A DNA stretch of 64,000 nt from an uncultured Desulfosarcina sp. (GCA_963674945.2 CAXXWQ010000002.1:320001-384000); one strand, 5' to 3'. Positions 20,990 through 31,525 are shown, counted from the first letter of the stretch. Program-made: numbers and translations. The notes: a model not told the origin generated them from the letters alone.

Positions 20990-21910
20990 ATGTCACCCAT
21001 TTCCCGAAGAGAATTTCTTTCCATCGGTGCAAAATTGGCCGCGATGATGAGCCTCTCACCGGTAGTCGTTGCCGATATCGCGGACGCATTGGAAAAATTG
21101 ACCACAGGTACGGTGCCGGTGGTATGGCTCCAGGGACAAAGCTGTTCGGGTTGCTCCGTCTCTTTGCTCAACGCGGACCATCCGGATCCGGCCGAGCTGT
21201 TGACCGGGTATATTTCCCTGATGTTTCACAGTACGCTCTCGGCGGCGACCGGCCATCGCGCCATGGACGTCGTCGACGACACCATCGCCGCCGGCGAGTT
21301 TCTCCTCGTCGTAGAGGGAAGCGTGCCGAGGAAAATGCCCAGTGCATGTGTAATGGGGGAAAAGTCCATCGCGGAGATGATTTTGCAGGCTGCCCGTCGG
21401 GCCAAGGCCGTCGTTGCCGCAGGGACCTGTGCGGCCCATGGCGGGATTCCCGCTGCCGAAAACAATCCCACCGGTGCCGTCGGGGTTCCCCAATTCCTTG
21501 CGGAAAGCGGCGTGAATCGCCCGGTCATTGCCATTCCCGGGTGCCCGATGCATCCCGACTGGCTGGTGGGCACCTTGGTTCACGTGATTCAATTCGGTAT
21601 TCCCGCACTGGACGCCATGGGGCGGCCGAAGGTGTTTTTCGACACCCTTGTTCATGATCAATGTCCCCGGTTTGCCGACTACGAGCGGGAGAAGTTCGCC
21701 AAGGCCTTTGGTGAACCGGGATGCCTTTTCAAGCTGGGATGCGTCGGTCCCAATACCCATGCGGACTGTTCTACGCGAATGTGGAACGCCGGCACCAATT
21801 TTTGTATCAAATCAGGCGCTCCCTGCATCGGATGTACCGAGGAAACCTTTGCCCGGCACGTCAACTTTCCCTTTTACCGAAAAAACGAAGATCTGACTTC
21901 TCAGGGATGA
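20990..21910 (+). CDS. [NiFe] hydrogenase small subunit with Tat signal and no C-terminal membrane anchor
   Basis: SRREFL twin-arginine motif; [46 protein letters not shown]. Confidence 0.95.
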   Translation: MSPISRREFLSIGAKLAAMMSLSPVVVADIADALEKLTTGTVPVVWLQGQSCSGCSVSLLNADHPDPAELLTGYISLMFHSTLSAATGHRAMDVVDDTIAAGEFLLVVEGSVPRKMPSACVMGEKSIAEMILQAARRAKAVVAAGTCAAHGGIPAAENNPTGAVGVPQFLAESGVNRPVIAIPGCPMHPDWLVGTLVHVIQFGIPALDAMGRPKVFFDTLVHDQCPRFADYEREKFAKAFGEPGCLFKLGCVGPNTHADCSTRMWNAGTNFCIKSGAPCIGCTEETFARHVNFPFYRKNEDLTSQG

Positions 21911-21914
21911 ATCG

Positions 21915-23603
21915 ATGAAACTTCACACCAAACTCACTGTTTCCCTGGTCGTGGTGCTGATGGCCGTCATGGGTGGCGCCCTTGCATTTCAATATGGCGC
22001 CATGGACCGGCTTATCGCCGAATTTGCCAGTTCCAACGTTCAGCTGCTGAAAGAAAGGGAAGAGAGGGCCGCAGAAAATATCTTCTCATCCATCGAACGG
22101 GCCGTGGCAGGTTCCCTGGAACGTGGAGAGATGGAAAAGTTCAGCCGAATCCTGCAGCAACAGCGAAATGTCCGTGGTTTGATGGAATTCTCTCTCCATG
22201 ACCGGCAAGGTGTGGTCACCCATTCATCCAATGATCAATTCCTGAAAAAAACCTTGCCAAAACACATCCAGGATCGTTTGGGTCGCCAGACGGACATGGA
22301 ACTGACATGGACCGATGACGCCGTATCCATATTCAAACCGCTGTTGGTCAACAATGATTGCGTTCGCTGTCATGTGGGGTGGCAACCCGGTGAGATCGGC
22401 GGCGTCCTTCATTTCCGTTTTTCCAAGCAGACGTTGGCGCGGGCCGAAGCGCAGGCCGCGGATATCGTTTCCACCATTCACGCCTTCATGATGAAATACG
22501 TCGTGGCGACGTTGTCGGTCGTCGTGCTGGTCCTGGTCATCGGGATTCACCTTCTGGTTACCCGGTACGTGTCCAAACCCCTTACGCGGATCAACGTGCG
22601 GCTCCACGATATCGCCGAAGGCGGTGGTGATCTGACGGCACGCATCGATGTCACGGGTCGTGACGAAATCGGCAGATTGGCCATCTCGTTCAACACCTTC
22701 ATCGAAAAACTGCAGGAGATGATTGGTCGAATTGGAAAAAATGCGGTGGTGCTGCACGACTCCTCCAGCCGGCTTTTCGAACTGTCGGACCAGATTTCCC
22801 GGGAGGCCAACCAAATGTCGTCGCGATCCCGAAGCGCTGCCGCGGAGATTTCCCGCATGAACGACGGCATGACTTCGGCCGCCTCCATCATGGCGCGTTC
22901 ATCATCCAATGTCGGCGACATGTCCAGTTCAACGGAACAGATGAACAGCCATATCGATGCCATCGTTCAGAGTACGGAAAACGCCCATCGGGTCAGCGAA
23001 GAAGCCGTGGAAAAGACCAAAAATGCCACGATCATGATGGAAGAGCTGGACACGGCGGCAAAGGACATCGTCTCGGTCACCCAGACCATCACCGACATCT
23101 CTGAACAGACCAACCTGCTGGCCTTGAATGCCACAATCGAGGCTGCGCGTGCCGGCGAGGCGGGAAAAGGGTTTGCCGTCGTGGCCAATGAGATCAAGGA
23201 GCTGGCCAAACAAACCGCCGAATCGACAAGATCGATACACGATAAGAACCTGAGAATCCAACAGTCGTCCAATCGAACGATGCAGGAGATCGAGGCGGTC
23301 AGTCAGACCATTGCCAATGTCAACGAGATCGTCTCTTCCATCGCATCGTCCATCCAGGAGCAGTCTCTGTTGACCCAGCAGATCGCCAATAACATTTCCC
23401 AGGCAACCGAAGGGATTCTGGACGCCACGACCAATGTCACGGAGAGCGCCCAGGAGAATGAAAAAATCGTCGAAAAAATTTCATCGGTCAATGTGGCGGC
23501 AGAGCAGGTGGCCAAGAACAACCAGAGTATCAACCAAAACGCCGATGAGATGGTATCTTTGGCCAAGCAGCTCAAGGATATGGTGGGGAGATTTACAGTG
23601 TAG
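21915..23603 (+). CDS. Methyl-accepting chemotaxis protein with periplasmic c-type heme motif
   Basis: TM1, periplasmic domain with CVRCH (22359-22373), TM2, HAMP (DEIGRLA), MA hairpin [31 protein letters not shown]. Confidence 0.95.
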   Translation: MKLHTKLTVSLVVVLMAVMGGALAFQYGAMDRLIAEFASSNVQLLKEREERAAENIFSSIERAVAGSLERGEMEKFSRILQQQRNVRGLMEFSLHDRQGVVTHSSNDQFLKKTLPKHIQDRLGRQTDMELTWTDDAVSIFKPLLVNNDCVRCHVGWQPGEIGGVLHFRFSKQTLARAEAQAADIVSTIHAFMMKYVVATLSVVVLVLVIGIHLLVTRYVSKPLTRINVRLHDIAEGGGDLTARIDVTGRDEIGRLAISFNTFIEKLQEMIGRIGKNAVVLHDSSSRLFELSDQISREANQMSSRSRSAAAEISRMNDGMTSAASIMARSSSNVGDMSSSTEQMNSHIDAIVQSTENAHRVSEEAVEKTKNATIMMEELDTAAKDIVSVTQTITDISEQTNLLALNATIEAARAGEAGKGFAVVANEIKELAKQTAESTRSIHDKNLRIQQSSNRTMQEIEAVSQTIANVNEIVSSIASSIQEQSLLTQQIANNISQATEGILDATTNVTESAQENEKIVEKISSVNVAAEQVAKNNQSINQNADEMVSLAKQLKDMVGRFTV

Positions 23604-23686
23604 AATTTTTTTAGGTGAAGAAAAACTATGTCCTCTGAGACTAGGTCATCGTTCATTGGCTTTGCCGAACGATTGTTAGAAAAATC

Positions 23687-23811
23687 CAGGAGTCAGAATT
23701 CAGAATCCAGAATAATGTATTCGCCTTCGGCTCGATCTATCTTATTCAATCGATTAAGCGAAGCGACATCAAATTTCATTCTGGCTCCTAAATACTGTCT
23801 TCTGACTCCTG
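23687..23811 (-). repeat. Dispersed hairpin element, family B, copy 2
   Basis: Perfect 12-bp terminal inverted repeat caggagtcagaa/ttctgactcctg; inverted relative to the 20715 copy. Confidence 0.8.
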
Positions 23812-23993
23812 CAGCTCCCCCGCGACCGTAGCGCATCACACTTTCCAAGGGGCGCCTAAAGCCTGACCAACTGGCTCCCGTTTTTACTTTCCTTTTCCCA
23901 CCGGACTTGAAAAAATTCAACTTTGTTTGGTATTACCAGAGGCGATTTCATCCCTGCCGGATCTGTTTCGGCAATCGTCGTGTGGAAAAGACT

Positions 23994-24362
23994 ATGGTGC
24001 GACACAAGGATCGAGGTACCAGACTGGTTTACTCAACGCAGGACGGCAGGATCTGTCCTCGGTGTAACAAACAGTTCACCCATTGTCTTTGCGGGAAAAA
24101 TCAGATCCGGCATGCGATTGATGATGGCGTGGTTCGGATTGGACGTTCCACCAAAGGGCGCAAAGGAAAAGGGGTCACCACCATCTCCGGTATCCCAGCA
24201 GATGGTGAAGGACTGAAATCACTGGCCAAGAAGTTGAAGCAGAAATGCGGCAGCGGCGGGACGGTTAAGGACGGAACCATCGAGATCCAGGGAGACCACC
24301 GGGACGTATTGGTGGCCGAACTGAAAGCCATGGGATATCGCGTAAAAAGATCGGGAGGGTGA
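23994..24362 (+). CDS. yciH: Translation initiation factor Sui1/YciH
   Basis: LVYST, KGRKGKGVT, LKQKCGSGGTVKDGTIEIQGDHR. Confidence 0.93.
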   Translation: MVRHKDRGTRLVYSTQDGRICPRCNKQFTHCLCGKNQIRHAIDDGVVRIGRSTKGRKGKGVTTISGIPADGEGLKSLAKKLKQKCGSGGTVKDGTIEIQGDHRDVLVAELKAMGYRVKRSGG

Positions 24363-24366
24363 CGCA

Positions 24367-25041
24367 TTGAACGATTCGAGGCCCCGTACTTTTCAAGCCG
24401 TGATCTTCGACCTGGACGGGACACTGCTGGACACCCTTGCCGACATCGGTGATTCGGTGAATCAAATGCTGGCGGAATATGGGTTTCCCAACCACACAAT
24501 GGACGATTACCGGAACTTTATCGGAAACGGTATTCAGATGCTGGTGACCCGTGCCTTGCCCGTGGACGGCAGAACCGACGAGGTGGTCGGCGCCTGTGTT
24601 CGTCGCGCCCGTGAAATCTATTGGGAAAATTGGAATCGCAAGACCCGTCCCTACGACGGCATCATGAACCTATTGGAACGGTTGGAGACCATGGGCGTGC
24701 CCAAAGCGGTGCTTTCCAATAAACCCCATGATTTCACCGTTCGATACATAAAGTCCTATTTCCCTGGTATCTTTTTTGCCACTGTCATGGGGCAAAACGA
24801 CCAGTTTCCCGTCAAGCCCGATCCGGCAGCTGCCCTGGAGGTCGCCAGACGCATGGGTTTGCCGCCACGGGCCTTTCTCTTCGTGGGGGACAGCACCGTG
24901 GATGTAAAGACCGCCAATGCCGCCGGTATGCATCCCGTGGGCGTCTCGTGGGGATTCAAGGGGCCTGCGGCGCTCGTGGATATGGGATGTCAGACCCTCG
25001 TGCAGCATCCATCCGAAATCATCAAATTGATTCAGTCCTGA
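24367..25041 (+). CDS. HAD family phosphatase (Gph-like)
   Basis: FDLDGTLLDT, SNK, KPDP, VGDSTVD. Confidence 0.9.
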   Translation: MNDSRPRTFQAVIFDLDGTLLDTLADIGDSVNQMLAEYGFPNHTMDDYRNFIGNGIQMLVTRALPVDGRTDEVVGACVRRAREIYWENWNRKTRPYDGIMNLLERLETMGVPKAVLSNKPHDFTVRYIKSYFPGIFFATVMGQNDQFPVKPDPAAALEVARRMGLPPRAFLFVGDSTVDVKTANAAGMHPVGVSWGFKGPAALVDMGCQTLVQHPSEIIKLIQS

Positions 25042-25077
25042 AAATCTGGTCCGCCGGTCCGGATCTAAATCGTGTCC

Positions 25078-25127
25078 ATCCGGAAATGGCCAATTTGCCC
25101 GATATCGGACTTTTTATGAAGCCGTCA
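25078..25127 (+). repeat. Chimeric fragment of family A-related elements
   Basis: 5' half matches 39740-39770 and 3' half matches 16802-16820, joined at ccgatatcgg. Confidence 0.7.
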
Positions 25128-25130
25128 AAT

Positions 25131-25475
25131 TTACTGCGATTCTTCCGCCTCCAGGGCAGTGTGTAAAATTCCGCAGAGATTGGTCAGTTCCTTTTGCATT
25201 TCCAACAATTTTCCCTGCATCAATGTCCCTAACACCGCCATCCGTCCCTGCTGATTGCCGGCTTGATCCAGCAACCGATCGATTTCCGCCTGCTCCTGCC
25301 GAAGGTGTGGATGTTTTTCTAAAAATTTTTCCCTTTCGGCCAAGGCAGCCTGCAGGTTGTTTCTGACCAATGCGGGGGCATGATTTTGGGGGGTGCCGCC
25401 GCTGTTCATGTGTTCTTGCATTCCTTCTTCGAATCCTTTCCACGAGATCGCACGATTCAAACTCGCATCTGCCAT
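25131..25475 (-). CDS. Hypothetical helical protein
   Basis: Coherent ORF (REKFLEKHPHLR..QAEIDRLL) preceded by a sigma54 consensus. Confidence 0.6.
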   Translation of the reverse strand: MADASLNRAISWKGFEEGMQEHMNSGGTPQNHAPALVRNNLQAALAEREKFLEKHPHLRQEQAEIDRLLDQAGNQQGRMAVLGTLMQGKLLEMQKELTNLCGILHTALEAEESQ

Positions 25476-25525
25476 CGCATTAAAAAAGGTAACGCTCCTG
25501 TAGTAATCCTTCTGTGGGGATGCAA

Positions 25526-25541
25526 AGCAAAACATGCGCCA
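25526..25541 (-). promoter_or_regulatory. Sigma54 promoter
   Basis: Minus strand reads TGGCGC-ATGTT-TTGCT, matching the -24/-12 consensus. Confidence 0.7.
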
Positions 25542-25755
25542 AAACTTCTAATGGTTTTATATATAATTAAAACAAATGGATACACACTTCGGTGTAGCCG
25601 GCTGTGGAAGAAAAAAGGAAAAAAACAACCCATAACTATACGTTTTTATGTATTCTTATGGGAAATAAAATACACAATTGTTCGGTTCAGGAAACCTGGT
25701 CCGCTGGGCCAAGTCAAAAGATAAACGGCACTGCCATAGGACTGTTACAAGAATA

Positions 25756-25812
25756 CAGGAGTCAGAAGTCAGAATCCAGAATTAGGCATTCGCCTTCGAC
25801 TCGATCCATCCA
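25756..25812 (-). repeat. Family B element, partial copy 3
   Basis: caggagtcagaagtcagaatccagaatt...attcgccttcgactcgatc matches 23687 onward. Confidence 0.65.
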
Positions 25813-25821
25813 TTGAAGAAT

Positions 25822-26030
25822 AAATCCCAAATTACAAGCACCAAAAGCTAATGCAAATTCCAAATTACAAGCACCAAATAACAAACAAATCTCAAATCAC
25901 AATGATCAAATAGCAAACAAGCCCCAACGCCTATGTGAACTTGCCTTGTTCCACGTTCATCGTTTGGAATTTGGAAAATTGGTCATTGGAATTTATTTGT
26001 GATTTGGAATTTGGATATTGAGATTTTTAC
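25822..26030. repeat. AT-rich imperfect palindrome of short-period arms
   Basis: CA-rich arm (caaattacaagcaccaaa twice) followed by a GT-rich complementary arm (tttggaatttgg...ttgtgatttggaatttgg). Confidence 0.65.
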
Positions 26031-26094
26031 AATGATTGGAGCAAGGCGAAGTCAGATTTATCATGTGCACATAAAACGAATCCCGAAAGTTGAC

Positions 26095-27618
26095 TTATTT
26101 ATGAAAGAAAGGAGCATGATTGGATGTGAAAAATGGCGGATCATTGGAGAGAATGGATCTTATGGCGGCCTGCTTTTTAAATTGCTTTGATAAAAAGCGT
26201 CTCACCCGTTGCCGGTCCCAGCCTTTTGGGTGGAGAAAGTCGCTGTACAAGGAGAGATCGCCGGCATAAAAGTCCAGTGTGGTCAGCTTCTCTGCATCCG
26301 GGCTTTCCCTGGGCAGGTTGAAGATGGCAAGATTGAGATAATCGATATATTTTGCGTTTCGTTTTGTAAATGTAAGGGTTTTTTTCGCACTCTCTTCGTC
26401 TTCCGCCGGGGTTCCGAAAAGCAGGTAGACGTAGATGGCGATGCCGGCACCGTGGATGACCCGGAGGGCCTTTTCCACCACCTGAACGTCGACTCCTTTT
26501 CCCAAGGCGTCCAGCACCCTCTGGTCTCCGGATTCCACCCCCACCTTTAGCATCACGCATCCCGAAGCCTTCAAGCCACGCACGAAATCGGGATCGGTCA
26601 GGTGCCGGGTGATACGCGTAAAGCCGTACCAGGAAACGCCGGGGGGATGGTTGATCAGGTGCTCCATGAACCGGGGGGACAGGGCGTTGTCCAGAAAATG
26701 AATCAGTCCGGCATGGATGTCCGTCGCGCTTCGTACGATATCCTTACCGACAATCCGCGGGGTCTCGGTCCTGTATGGCGAATCTTCCGCCGATTCCGGG
26801 CAGAAGGCGCACTTTTTCCAATAACATCCCCGTGAGGCGGCGTAGGGCAGGATGGGTACAGGGGACAGATAGGCGTCCATGTCAAAACCAGAATAGTCGT
26901 AGCCGGCAACGGGTCCGTTGTCCCGGGGTTGTCCCGCGCACAATCGAAGGAGACACTCTTCGCCGGGCCCGGAAATCCAGTCGTTCACCAACCCGGCAAA
27001 CCGCTCCGTCGGTTTCCCGATTCGCATCCAGCTGGTGACCAGCCCGCCCCCGCAGAGGATCGTCACCCGGGGAAGCTGCCGACGGATGTAGCCGATCATG
27101 GCAAAGGCACACAATGCCTGGCTCAAGAAATTGATGGAGACACCGACGATGTCCGGCTGCCGTTCATGGAACAGATTGCGCAGCCTTTGGGAGAATGCCG
27201 GGTAGAAGGGGTTTTGTGAAAACGATTCTGCCGATTGTATGAGATCCGTGCTACGGACCGGGCTTACGGTCGAAGAGACGTAGTTGGCCAGAGACAAGTT
27301 GACCCCGTGGGACCGGCCCGCCTCGAACAGGACGCGGTTGACGTCCATCACCGCCCGTTTGTAGCGGTCCCGGTTGGAATAAAGATCCGGTGTCCGAAGG
27401 GCGTTTACATTGGCGGAAAGATGGGCAACCGCGCGACGGGTCCAGGTGTCTTCGGCGGATGGGGGCCGACCGCGCATCTTTTCAATGCCGTGGATGCCGG
27501 CGTCGTAAAGCCGGCAGTCAACGCCATTGTTTTTCAAGGACCGGGCGAGCTTGGCAATTCCCGCCGGGGGCTCGCAGGGTTTGGTGATGGGCGGTGAGAT
27601 GAGGAGGATGGATTTCAA
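26095..27618 (-). CDS. Radical SAM protein with B12-binding-like N-terminal region
   Basis: SRGCYWKKCAFC (CxxxCxxC), GVESG, PDIVGVS...CGGG. Confidence 0.85.
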   Translation of the reverse strand: MKSILLISPPITKPCEPPAGIAKLARSLKNNGVDCRLYDAGIHGIEKMRGRPPSAEDTWTRRAVAHLSANVNALRTPDLYSNRDRYKRAVMDVNRVLFEAGRSHGVNLSLANYVSSTVSPVRSTDLIQSAESFSQNPFYPAFSQRLRNLFHERQPDIVGVSINFLSQALCAFAMIGYIRRQLPRVTILCGGGLVTSWMRIGKPTERFAGLVNDWISGPGEECLLRLCAGQPRDNGPVAGYDYSGFDMDAYLSPVPILPYAASRGCYWKKCAFCPESAEDSPYRTETPRIVGKDIVRSATDIHAGLIHFLDNALSPRFMEHLINHPPGVSWYGFTRITRHLTDPDFVRGLKASGCVMLKVGVESGDQRVLDALGKGVDVQVVEKALRVIHGAGIAIYVYLLFGTPAEDEESAKKTLTFTKRNAKYIDYLNLAIFNLPRESPDAEKLTTLDFYAGDLSLYSDFLHPKGWDRQRVRRFLSKQFKKQAAIRSILSNDPPFFTSNHAPFFHK

Positions 27619-27673
27619 TATTCAACGTTCGATGTTGGGAGTTCGATGTTCGACGTTCAAATAGCCATGGTTT

Positions 27674-29548
27674 TTATTCCATTCTTCCACCTTCCACTGC
27701 TTGCATCCGTCTGGCAAATTTTTTCTCCATTCGTCGTCGCTCTTCGTCCATGGACTCCATATCGGCGAAACGGGTCTCGATGATATTCTGACAGGCACGG
27801 ATCTCCTGGGACAATGTGGCGATGCGATCCCCGGCCCCGTCCTGGGAGGCCTGCATCATCTGTTCATTCAGTTCCTCCAGTCGACCTTCGTTTTCTTCGA
27901 TCTCCTTTTCGGCGTTGGTAATGGCATCTTCCATGGGTTTCAGCACCTTGGACTTTTCGGTGATGATCTCCGAACGAAGACGCCGAAGTTCCTTTTTTGT
28001 GAGGCGGGAAAGGGCTGCGGTCGGCTGGTCGTCAGACCCGTCGCCGTGGCGGGTTATGGATGCATCGTCCCCCCATCCCCCCTTTTCCAGAAAGTCCTGG
28101 TAGCTGCCGTGAAACATGCGGGCGCCGGCATCGTCGAAGACGATCAGCCGATCCGCCAGGGCATGGAGAAACATTTCGTTATGGGTCACCATGACCACCG
28201 CGCCGCCGAAATTGTCGATGGCGGCCAACAGGGCGTCACAGGCATCCATGTCCAGGTGGTTGGTGGGCTCGTCCAGCATCAACATATTTACCGGGGTAAC
28301 CAGCAGTTGGCCGAGCATCACGCGACTCTTTTCGCCACCGGAAAGGACGCTTACCTTTTTCAGGGCGCTGTCGCCTTCGAACATCATGGCGCCGCAGATG
28401 TTCCTCGCCTTCTGCCGATCCACGTCCGGCTGGGCGTACAGAATCTCTTCCTCCACCGTTCGGCTGTCTACCAGGTGCTGGATGTTGGTCTGCTCGAAAA
28501 CACCCGACGCCACCTGCGGATTATAGGTGATCTTCCCCGATGAGGGCGTCAGGGCGCCGGCCAATACTTTGAGCAAGGTGGTCTTGCCTTTGCCGTTTTT
28601 CCCCACGACGCAGATTCGTTCTCCGGCCAGAATGGAAAAGGAGAGCGCCTGGAACAGGGGGCGGCCGGTCTCCCAGGCAAAGGAGAGGTCTTCCACCGAG
28701 ATTACCTGCTTGGCCTTGAAGGGTTTTTCCCGGAATGCAAAATCCAATTCCCGGACCTGTTCCAGCTTCTCTCTTTTTTCCATCTTCGCCAGGGTTTTGA
28801 TTCGTGACTGGACCATGTTGGCCAGGCGCGCCTTGGCACGAAAACGGGAGATGAAGAGGCGAATCTCCTTTTCCCGGCGTTCGTCGTTGATCCGGGTCTT
28901 TTCGTAGATCTCCTCGTCCTGGGCAATGCGGTCGTAGTACTTTTCCGTATTGCCCGTGATCTTTCTGGCTTTTTTCCGGTGAATGCCAACGGTATGGGTT
29001 ACCAGCTTGTCCATGAATCCACGGTCGTGGGTGATGAGCATCAACTCGTGGGGCCAGGCAAAAAGAAAGTTTTCGATCCATCGGATGCTGGTGATGTCGA
29101 GGTAGTTGGTGGGTTCGTCGAGCAAAAGCAGGTCCGGTTCGGAAACCAGGATCTTGGCCAGGTTGAGCCGAACCTGAAATCCACCGGAAAAATCATGCGG
29201 GCTTCTTACCATGTCGCCATCGCTGAACCCCAATCCTGCCAGAATCTTCTCCACCTTCCAGTGGTGATCCTTTTCGCTGGCCAAAAGCCCTTTCATGCCT
29301 TCTGCGAGAACGGTCTTTTCGGTGAAGTGAATATGCTGGGTAACGTGGCCGATGCGATACCCCTTGGGCATGGTGATGCCGCCGCCGTCGGCGCTCTCTT
29401 CACCGACGATGATGCGAAACAACGTGGATTTGCCGTGGCCGTTGCGGCCCACCAGACCCACCCGTTCCTTTGCATTGATTTTGAAGCTGACGCCGTCGAA
29501 CAGCACCCGACCGCCATAACTCTTGCACAGATTTTCGATGTTGATCAT
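27674..29548 (-). CDS. ABC-F family ATP-binding protein
   Basis: Two ABC domains (GRNGHGKST, FSGG, LDEPTN; GKNGKGKTT, LSGGE, LDEPTNHLD), no TM, C-terminal coiled coil; start taken at MINIENL. Confidence 0.92.
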   Translation of the reverse strand: MINIENLCKSYGGRVLFDGVSFKINAKERVGLVGRNGHGKSTLFRIIVGEESADGGGITMPKGYRIGHVTQHIHFTEKTVLAEGMKGLLASEKDHHWKVEKILAGLGFSDGDMVRSPHDFSGGFQVRLNLAKILVSEPDLLLLDEPTNYLDITSIRWIENFLFAWPHELMLITHDRGFMDKLVTHTVGIHRKKARKITGNTEKYYDRIAQDEEIYEKTRINDERREKEIRLFISRFRAKARLANMVQSRIKTLAKMEKREKLEQVRELDFAFREKPFKAKQVISVEDLSFAWETGRPLFQALSFSILAGERICVVGKNGKGKTTLLKVLAGALTPSSGKITYNPQVASGVFEQTNIQHLVDSRTVEEEILYAQPDVDRQKARNICGAMMFEGDSALKKVSVLSGGEKSRVMLGQLLVTPVNMLMLDEPTNHLDMDACDALLAAIDNFGGAVVMVTHNEMFLHALADRLIVFDDAGARMFHGSYQDFLEKGGWGDDASITRHGDGSDDQPTAALSRLTKKELRRLRSEIITEKSKVLKPMEDAITNAEKEIEENEGRLEELNEQMMQASQDGAGDRIATLSQEIRACQNIIETRFADMESMDEERRRMEKKFARRMQAVEGGRME

Positions 29549-29787
29549 GATTGCCTTCGCTGGGGCGGGGTCATCAGAAGCTTGCCCGGTATGATTTTTC
29601 CTGAATTGAGCGCAGGTTTTTGTCCTCCCTATAGAGGAAGGCGACGGCGGTGTCAACGGGGAGGGGAGGACAGGCTGTAGGCGATAGGCTGTAGGCGATA
29701 GGGAGAAGAGCTCATAGGAGATAGCGAATAGGAAGGAATAAAACTGCAGGTCGCCTATTGACACAACCCCAAATTCATTGAATTTTC

Positions 29788-29873
29788 GCTATCAGCTATC
29801 AGCTATCAGCTATCAGCTATCAGCTATCAGCTATCAGCTATCAGCTATCAGCTATCAGCTATCAGCTATCAGC
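29788..29873. repeat. Perfect heptamer tandem repeat (GCTATCA)x12
   Basis: Directly visible; contains the vapC stop codon. Confidence 0.97.
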
Positions 29874-30263
29874 CAGGATAAGCGTATCGATCTGATCCAC
29901 ATATTCAAAGTGATGATCCCGGGTCAGCAATGTGCCGCCGACCTCCATGCAGCAAGCCGCAATCCATACATCATTTAATGGTATTTTTCTGCCTTTCCGT
30001 ACGAGCGACGAATAGATCAGGCCATATTTGGAAGCGACGGATCTCGTCACGTCCACTATCCGGATATCTAAAAATCTGATGATTTCATCGAGTTTTCGTT
30101 CATTGGCGATCCGCCGGCGGCCTTTTGCAAAACCATAGGACAACTCGCCGATCACGATGGCCGGCATGAATAAATTGTTTCCAAGATCTGCCAACGTATC
30201 GACTGTTTGTGAAATGCCTTCGGCAAAGTCACAATAGATGTTCGTGTCAAGAACCAGCTTCAT
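29862..30263 (-). CDS. vapC: PIN-domain toxin (VapC family)
   Basis: LVLDTN, VIGEL, NDVWIAA, TRDHHF. Confidence 0.9.
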   Translation of the reverse strand: MKLVLDTNIYCDFAEGISQTVDTLADLGNNLFMPAIVIGELSYGFAKGRRRIANERKLDEIIRFLDIRIVDVTRSVASKYGLIYSSLVRKGRKIPLNDVWIAACCMEVGGTLLTRDHHFEYVDQIDTLILADS

Positions 30264-30499
30264 GGCCAATCCTTGTCATCAACCGCTTCGAACTCGGACA
30301 CGAGACGGCGCAGTTCTTTGCATTCTTCCGTGGACATCCAGCCTGCCAGTTCGCGAATCAGCTGAGAGCGGTCTTTTTTTAATGCATATTTCTCATCAAA
30401 CGCTTCTAATATCAGAGCGGTCTTCGTTTTGCCGGTTTTTTCCGCCAAAGACTGTAGACGAGCACCGGTTTTTTTGGGAATTCTGAGACTTACCTGCAT
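30260..30499 (-). CDS. RHH/CopG-type antitoxin
   Basis: MQVSLRIPKK...LQSLAEKTGKTKTALI; overlaps the vapC start; GGAGG RBS; palindrome tgtaatgtattaca upstream. Confidence 0.8.
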   Translation of the reverse strand: MQVSLRIPKKTGARLQSLAEKTGKTKTALILEAFDEKYALKKDRSQLIRELAGWMSTEECKELRRLVSEFEAVDDKDWP

Positions 30500-30710
30500 G
30501 TCACACCTCCGTGTATTACAAATTGCTTGTAATGTATTACATGACGGGTGAAACGTCAATGGGAGGGAAAGAGAGACTGCGGGTTGTAAACTACCAATTT
30601 TGAATTATGAATTGATAATCTTGAATTTAAAATTCAACCTGCGACCTCTGCGGCTCGAGCGAAGCGGGCGAGCTACAGCCTACAGCCTACAGCCTGCGTT
30701 TTACCACTCA

Positions 30711-31436
30711 TCACCCATCACTGATTTTCGCTGCTTCATCGATATCGATGATTTGCGTCGTTGCATCATGGGGTTTCGTTCGATAGGCGGTCACACGCAT
30801 CAATTTCCCGGTGATCGTTCCGATGCGATCCACCTGTTTTTTGATTTTTCGGGCATAGGCGGTCAACGGGTTTTCGTCATCGGCCTTCATCATCATCAAT
30901 TCGGTGAAACCACTGATGGTCTGGATGGGTTGGTTGAGTTCGTGGCACACGGCACCGGCCATTTCCACGACTCCCTGAAGTTTTTGATTTTGGACCCGTT
31001 CCATTTCAACACCTTCCAGTTGTGCTGCCTTCTTGTGCAGTTTTTGGATCAACATGGACTTGTCGATGTGGACCCGCAGCCGAGCCAGCAGTTCCTCTCG
31101 AAGAAACGGCTTGACCAGGTAATCGGTGGCCCCGGCGTTGAACACCCGGAGCAGCTGCGTTTGATCGGCCGTGGCGGTGAGGAAAATCACCGGAGGCGCG
31201 TCGAGATGCAGTTCGCTGCGAATCCTCCGGCAAAGAGCGACGCCGTCCATTTTGGGTGTATCGATATCCATGGCGATCAGATCCGGCGGATCTTCGGACA
31301 CGGCTCTGGCCAGGGCCTCGATTTCGTTTTTTGCCTCGATGACCCGGTAACCCTCGGGTTCCAGAATTTTTTTTATCAGATTGCATTTGGCGGCGCTGTC
31401 ATCAACGATCAGAACGCTTCCTCGGTTTTCTATCAT
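30711..31436 (-). CDS. Response regulator receiver domain fused to a HisKA-like segment (no HATPase)
   Basis: VLIVDD, DLIAMD, DYLVKP followed by AGAVCHELNQP. Confidence 0.85.
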   Translation of the reverse strand: MIENRGSVLIVDDSAAKCNLIKKILEPEGYRVIEAKNEIEALARAVSEDPPDLIAMDIDTPKMDGVALCRRIRSELHLDAPPVIFLTATADQTQLLRVFNAGATDYLVKPFLREELLARLRVHIDKSMLIQKLHKKAAQLEGVEMERVQNQKLQGVVEMAGAVCHELNQPIQTISGFTELMMMKADDENPLTAYARKIKKQVDRIGTITGKLMRVTAYRTKPHDATTQIIDIDEAAKISDG

Positions 31437-31525
31437 CACGGCCTCTGTAAAATGGGGAAACGGGATCGGCGCTTTGTCCCGGTTATTCTCTTGCCACCCG
31501 AACCATTTACCGATGTATGGCAACA

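Noticed and set aside
29549..29764. N-terminal extension of the ABC-F ORF (and similar extensions at 19092, 20939, 33252, 59335)
   Set aside because: The extensions lie in intergenic or repeat DNA; family-typical N termini begin at downstream ATGs
29778..29978. ORF with repeated YQLSAIS
   Set aside because: Translation of the GCTATCA tandem repeat, antisense to vapC
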